A stretch of DNA of 64,000 nt. It comes from Lepidodermella squamata (taxonomy: Eukaryota > Animalia > Gastrotricha). Shown in pieces: positions 63,027-64,000 of this stretch; position 1 is the stretch's first letter, and every line of letters starts with the position of its first letter. Below the pieces are notes generated by a model that worked only from the letters and a program-made list of their open reading frames with translations, ran no database searches and was not told the DNA's origin. Both the position numbers and the translations under genes were made by a program. The stretch spans positions 4,030,001 to 4,094,000 of the forward strand of contig JBLDXI010000001.1 in NCBI GenBank assembly GCA_047495785.1. Direction: 5' to 3'.

Positions 63027-64000
63027 ATGGCGTTTGGCATGCCGCAAGTGGAGTTGACCGTTTTCAATAACAGCGCCAACCAGCTGTGGTCAGGAATCGA
63101 TAACATGCCAGGTGGGCACAGCCTCCGCAGTCATCAAATTGAAGCCCTGAAAGAAATCAAATACCATTTCCAATCGACATCATCCAACGTTGCCCTCGTT
63201 GTCATGCCGGCTGGAGCTGGCAAATCTGGCGTAGCTGTTTTAGCGCCTTACGTACTGAAATGCTGCCGCTGCTTGGTCATCACACCTTCCCGCACCATTT
63301 CGCAACAACTTTACCGCGATTTCACGGGAGATACGGATCCTAGGACTGCTTTTCTATTTCGGACCAAAGTCTACGGGTTCCCGGACGGAACGCAATGGCG
63401 CTCGATTCTACCCACGTGTCGGAACATCAAAGCCGCGAGTCATTTGCGGCAAGCGATTCTGGAAGAAGCGCCCCTTGTTATCACGAACGCTCACAAAATT
63501 GGCGGAAGTAACGACAGCAACGCCAACTTGAGCATCGACGACATAGCTAGTAATTTGTTCGATTTGGTGATTGTCGACGAGGCGCACCATTATCCGGCTA
63601 AAACTTGGCGACGGATTGTTGATCACTTCGGAGACAGCAAGAAAGTTTTCCTCACGGCTACACCCTTCCATCGTGAGAAGAGAATTCTTCCGATTGATCA
63701 GCAGTGTTTTGAAATGACCATCCAACAAGCCATTGATGCGGGTGTGATTCGGCCGATAGCATTTTTCAACATCGAAGATGATCAGGATCCTGCTCAATCG
63801 ACCGCTAAATACGTGGCCCAGTATCTCGGTATTCATGACAATATCGACCCTAGTGTGGTTCACAAGGCTTTGGTGGTTTGCCAGGAGAAGGAGGCACTCA
63901 ACCCTGTGACTGACATGGTGCAAGCTTTTGAAGCGATCAACTTCCCATTTGCTGTATCCAAATACCATGGCGACTTGACCACCAACGAACTGGACCAAAT
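63027..64000 (+). CDS. SF2 DEAH-motif helicase of ResIII/YejH-like type, 3'-truncated by the window; absent from the ORF track
   Basis: Open for 324 codons: Q motif LRSHQIEAL, Walker A MPAGAGKSG (63204), LVITPS, DLVIVDEAHH (63576), FLTATP. Confidence 0.9.
   Translation, partial: MAFGMPQVELTVFNNSANQLWSGIDNMPGGHSLRSHQIEALKEIKYHFQSTSSNVALVVMPAGAGKSGVAVLAPYVLKCCRCLVITPSRTISQQLYRDFTGDTDPRTAFLFRTKVYGFPDGTQWRSILPTCRNIKAASHLRQAILEEAPLVITNAHKIGGSNDSNANLSIDDIASNLFDLVIVDEAHHYPAKTWRRIVDHFGDSKKVFLTATPFHREKRILPIDQQCFEMTIQQAIDAGVIRPIAFFNIEDDQDPAQSTAKYVAQYLGIHDNIDPSVVHKALVVCQEKEALNPVTDMVQAFEAINFPFAVSKYHGDLTTNELDQ

Noticed and set aside
63408-63998. 196-aa minus-strand ORF
   Set aside because: Antisense shadow of the plus-strand helicase, which carries the clear motifs.
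1-64000. CRISPR arrays, tRNA/rRNA genes, prokaryotic operons
   Set aside because: No regularly spaced repeat-spacer array or RNA gene was seen, and spliceosomal introns occur throughout.

Overview
Eukaryotic (animal, compact-genome invertebrate) DNA with many ~50-bp GT-AG introns. The taxon cannot be fixed from the sequence. The window has two zones. (1) An accessory cell-surface zone at ~3-40 kb, following the 3' part of a P5B ATPase. It holds two intronless ankyrin-repeat genes with signal peptides and GPI-like tails, and an 11-member tandem family of receptor-like proteins with a divergent CUB-like Cys-containing ectodomain. Ten of these are single-pass and one is GPI-like; their tails carry Cys clusters and PPxY, YPxL, PSAP or NPF motifs. 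Ten members lie between two SDR (RDH-like) paralogues. A transposon nest at 11-18 kb has a Harbinger remnant inside a P-like MITE inside an RLE-type non-LTR retrotransposon, beside a hairpin with five tandem GA mismatches. (2) A housekeeping zone at 40-59.5 kb: LACTB2, TXNL4A, GMPS, MRPL46, a short STX8, USP3, a Bmt/GT91-like propeller protein, ERGIC3 and ROMO1. The window ends in an intronless ResIII-like (bacterial-type) SF2 helicase ORF that the ORF track missed. All calls come from manual translation and motif recognition; no database searches were run.
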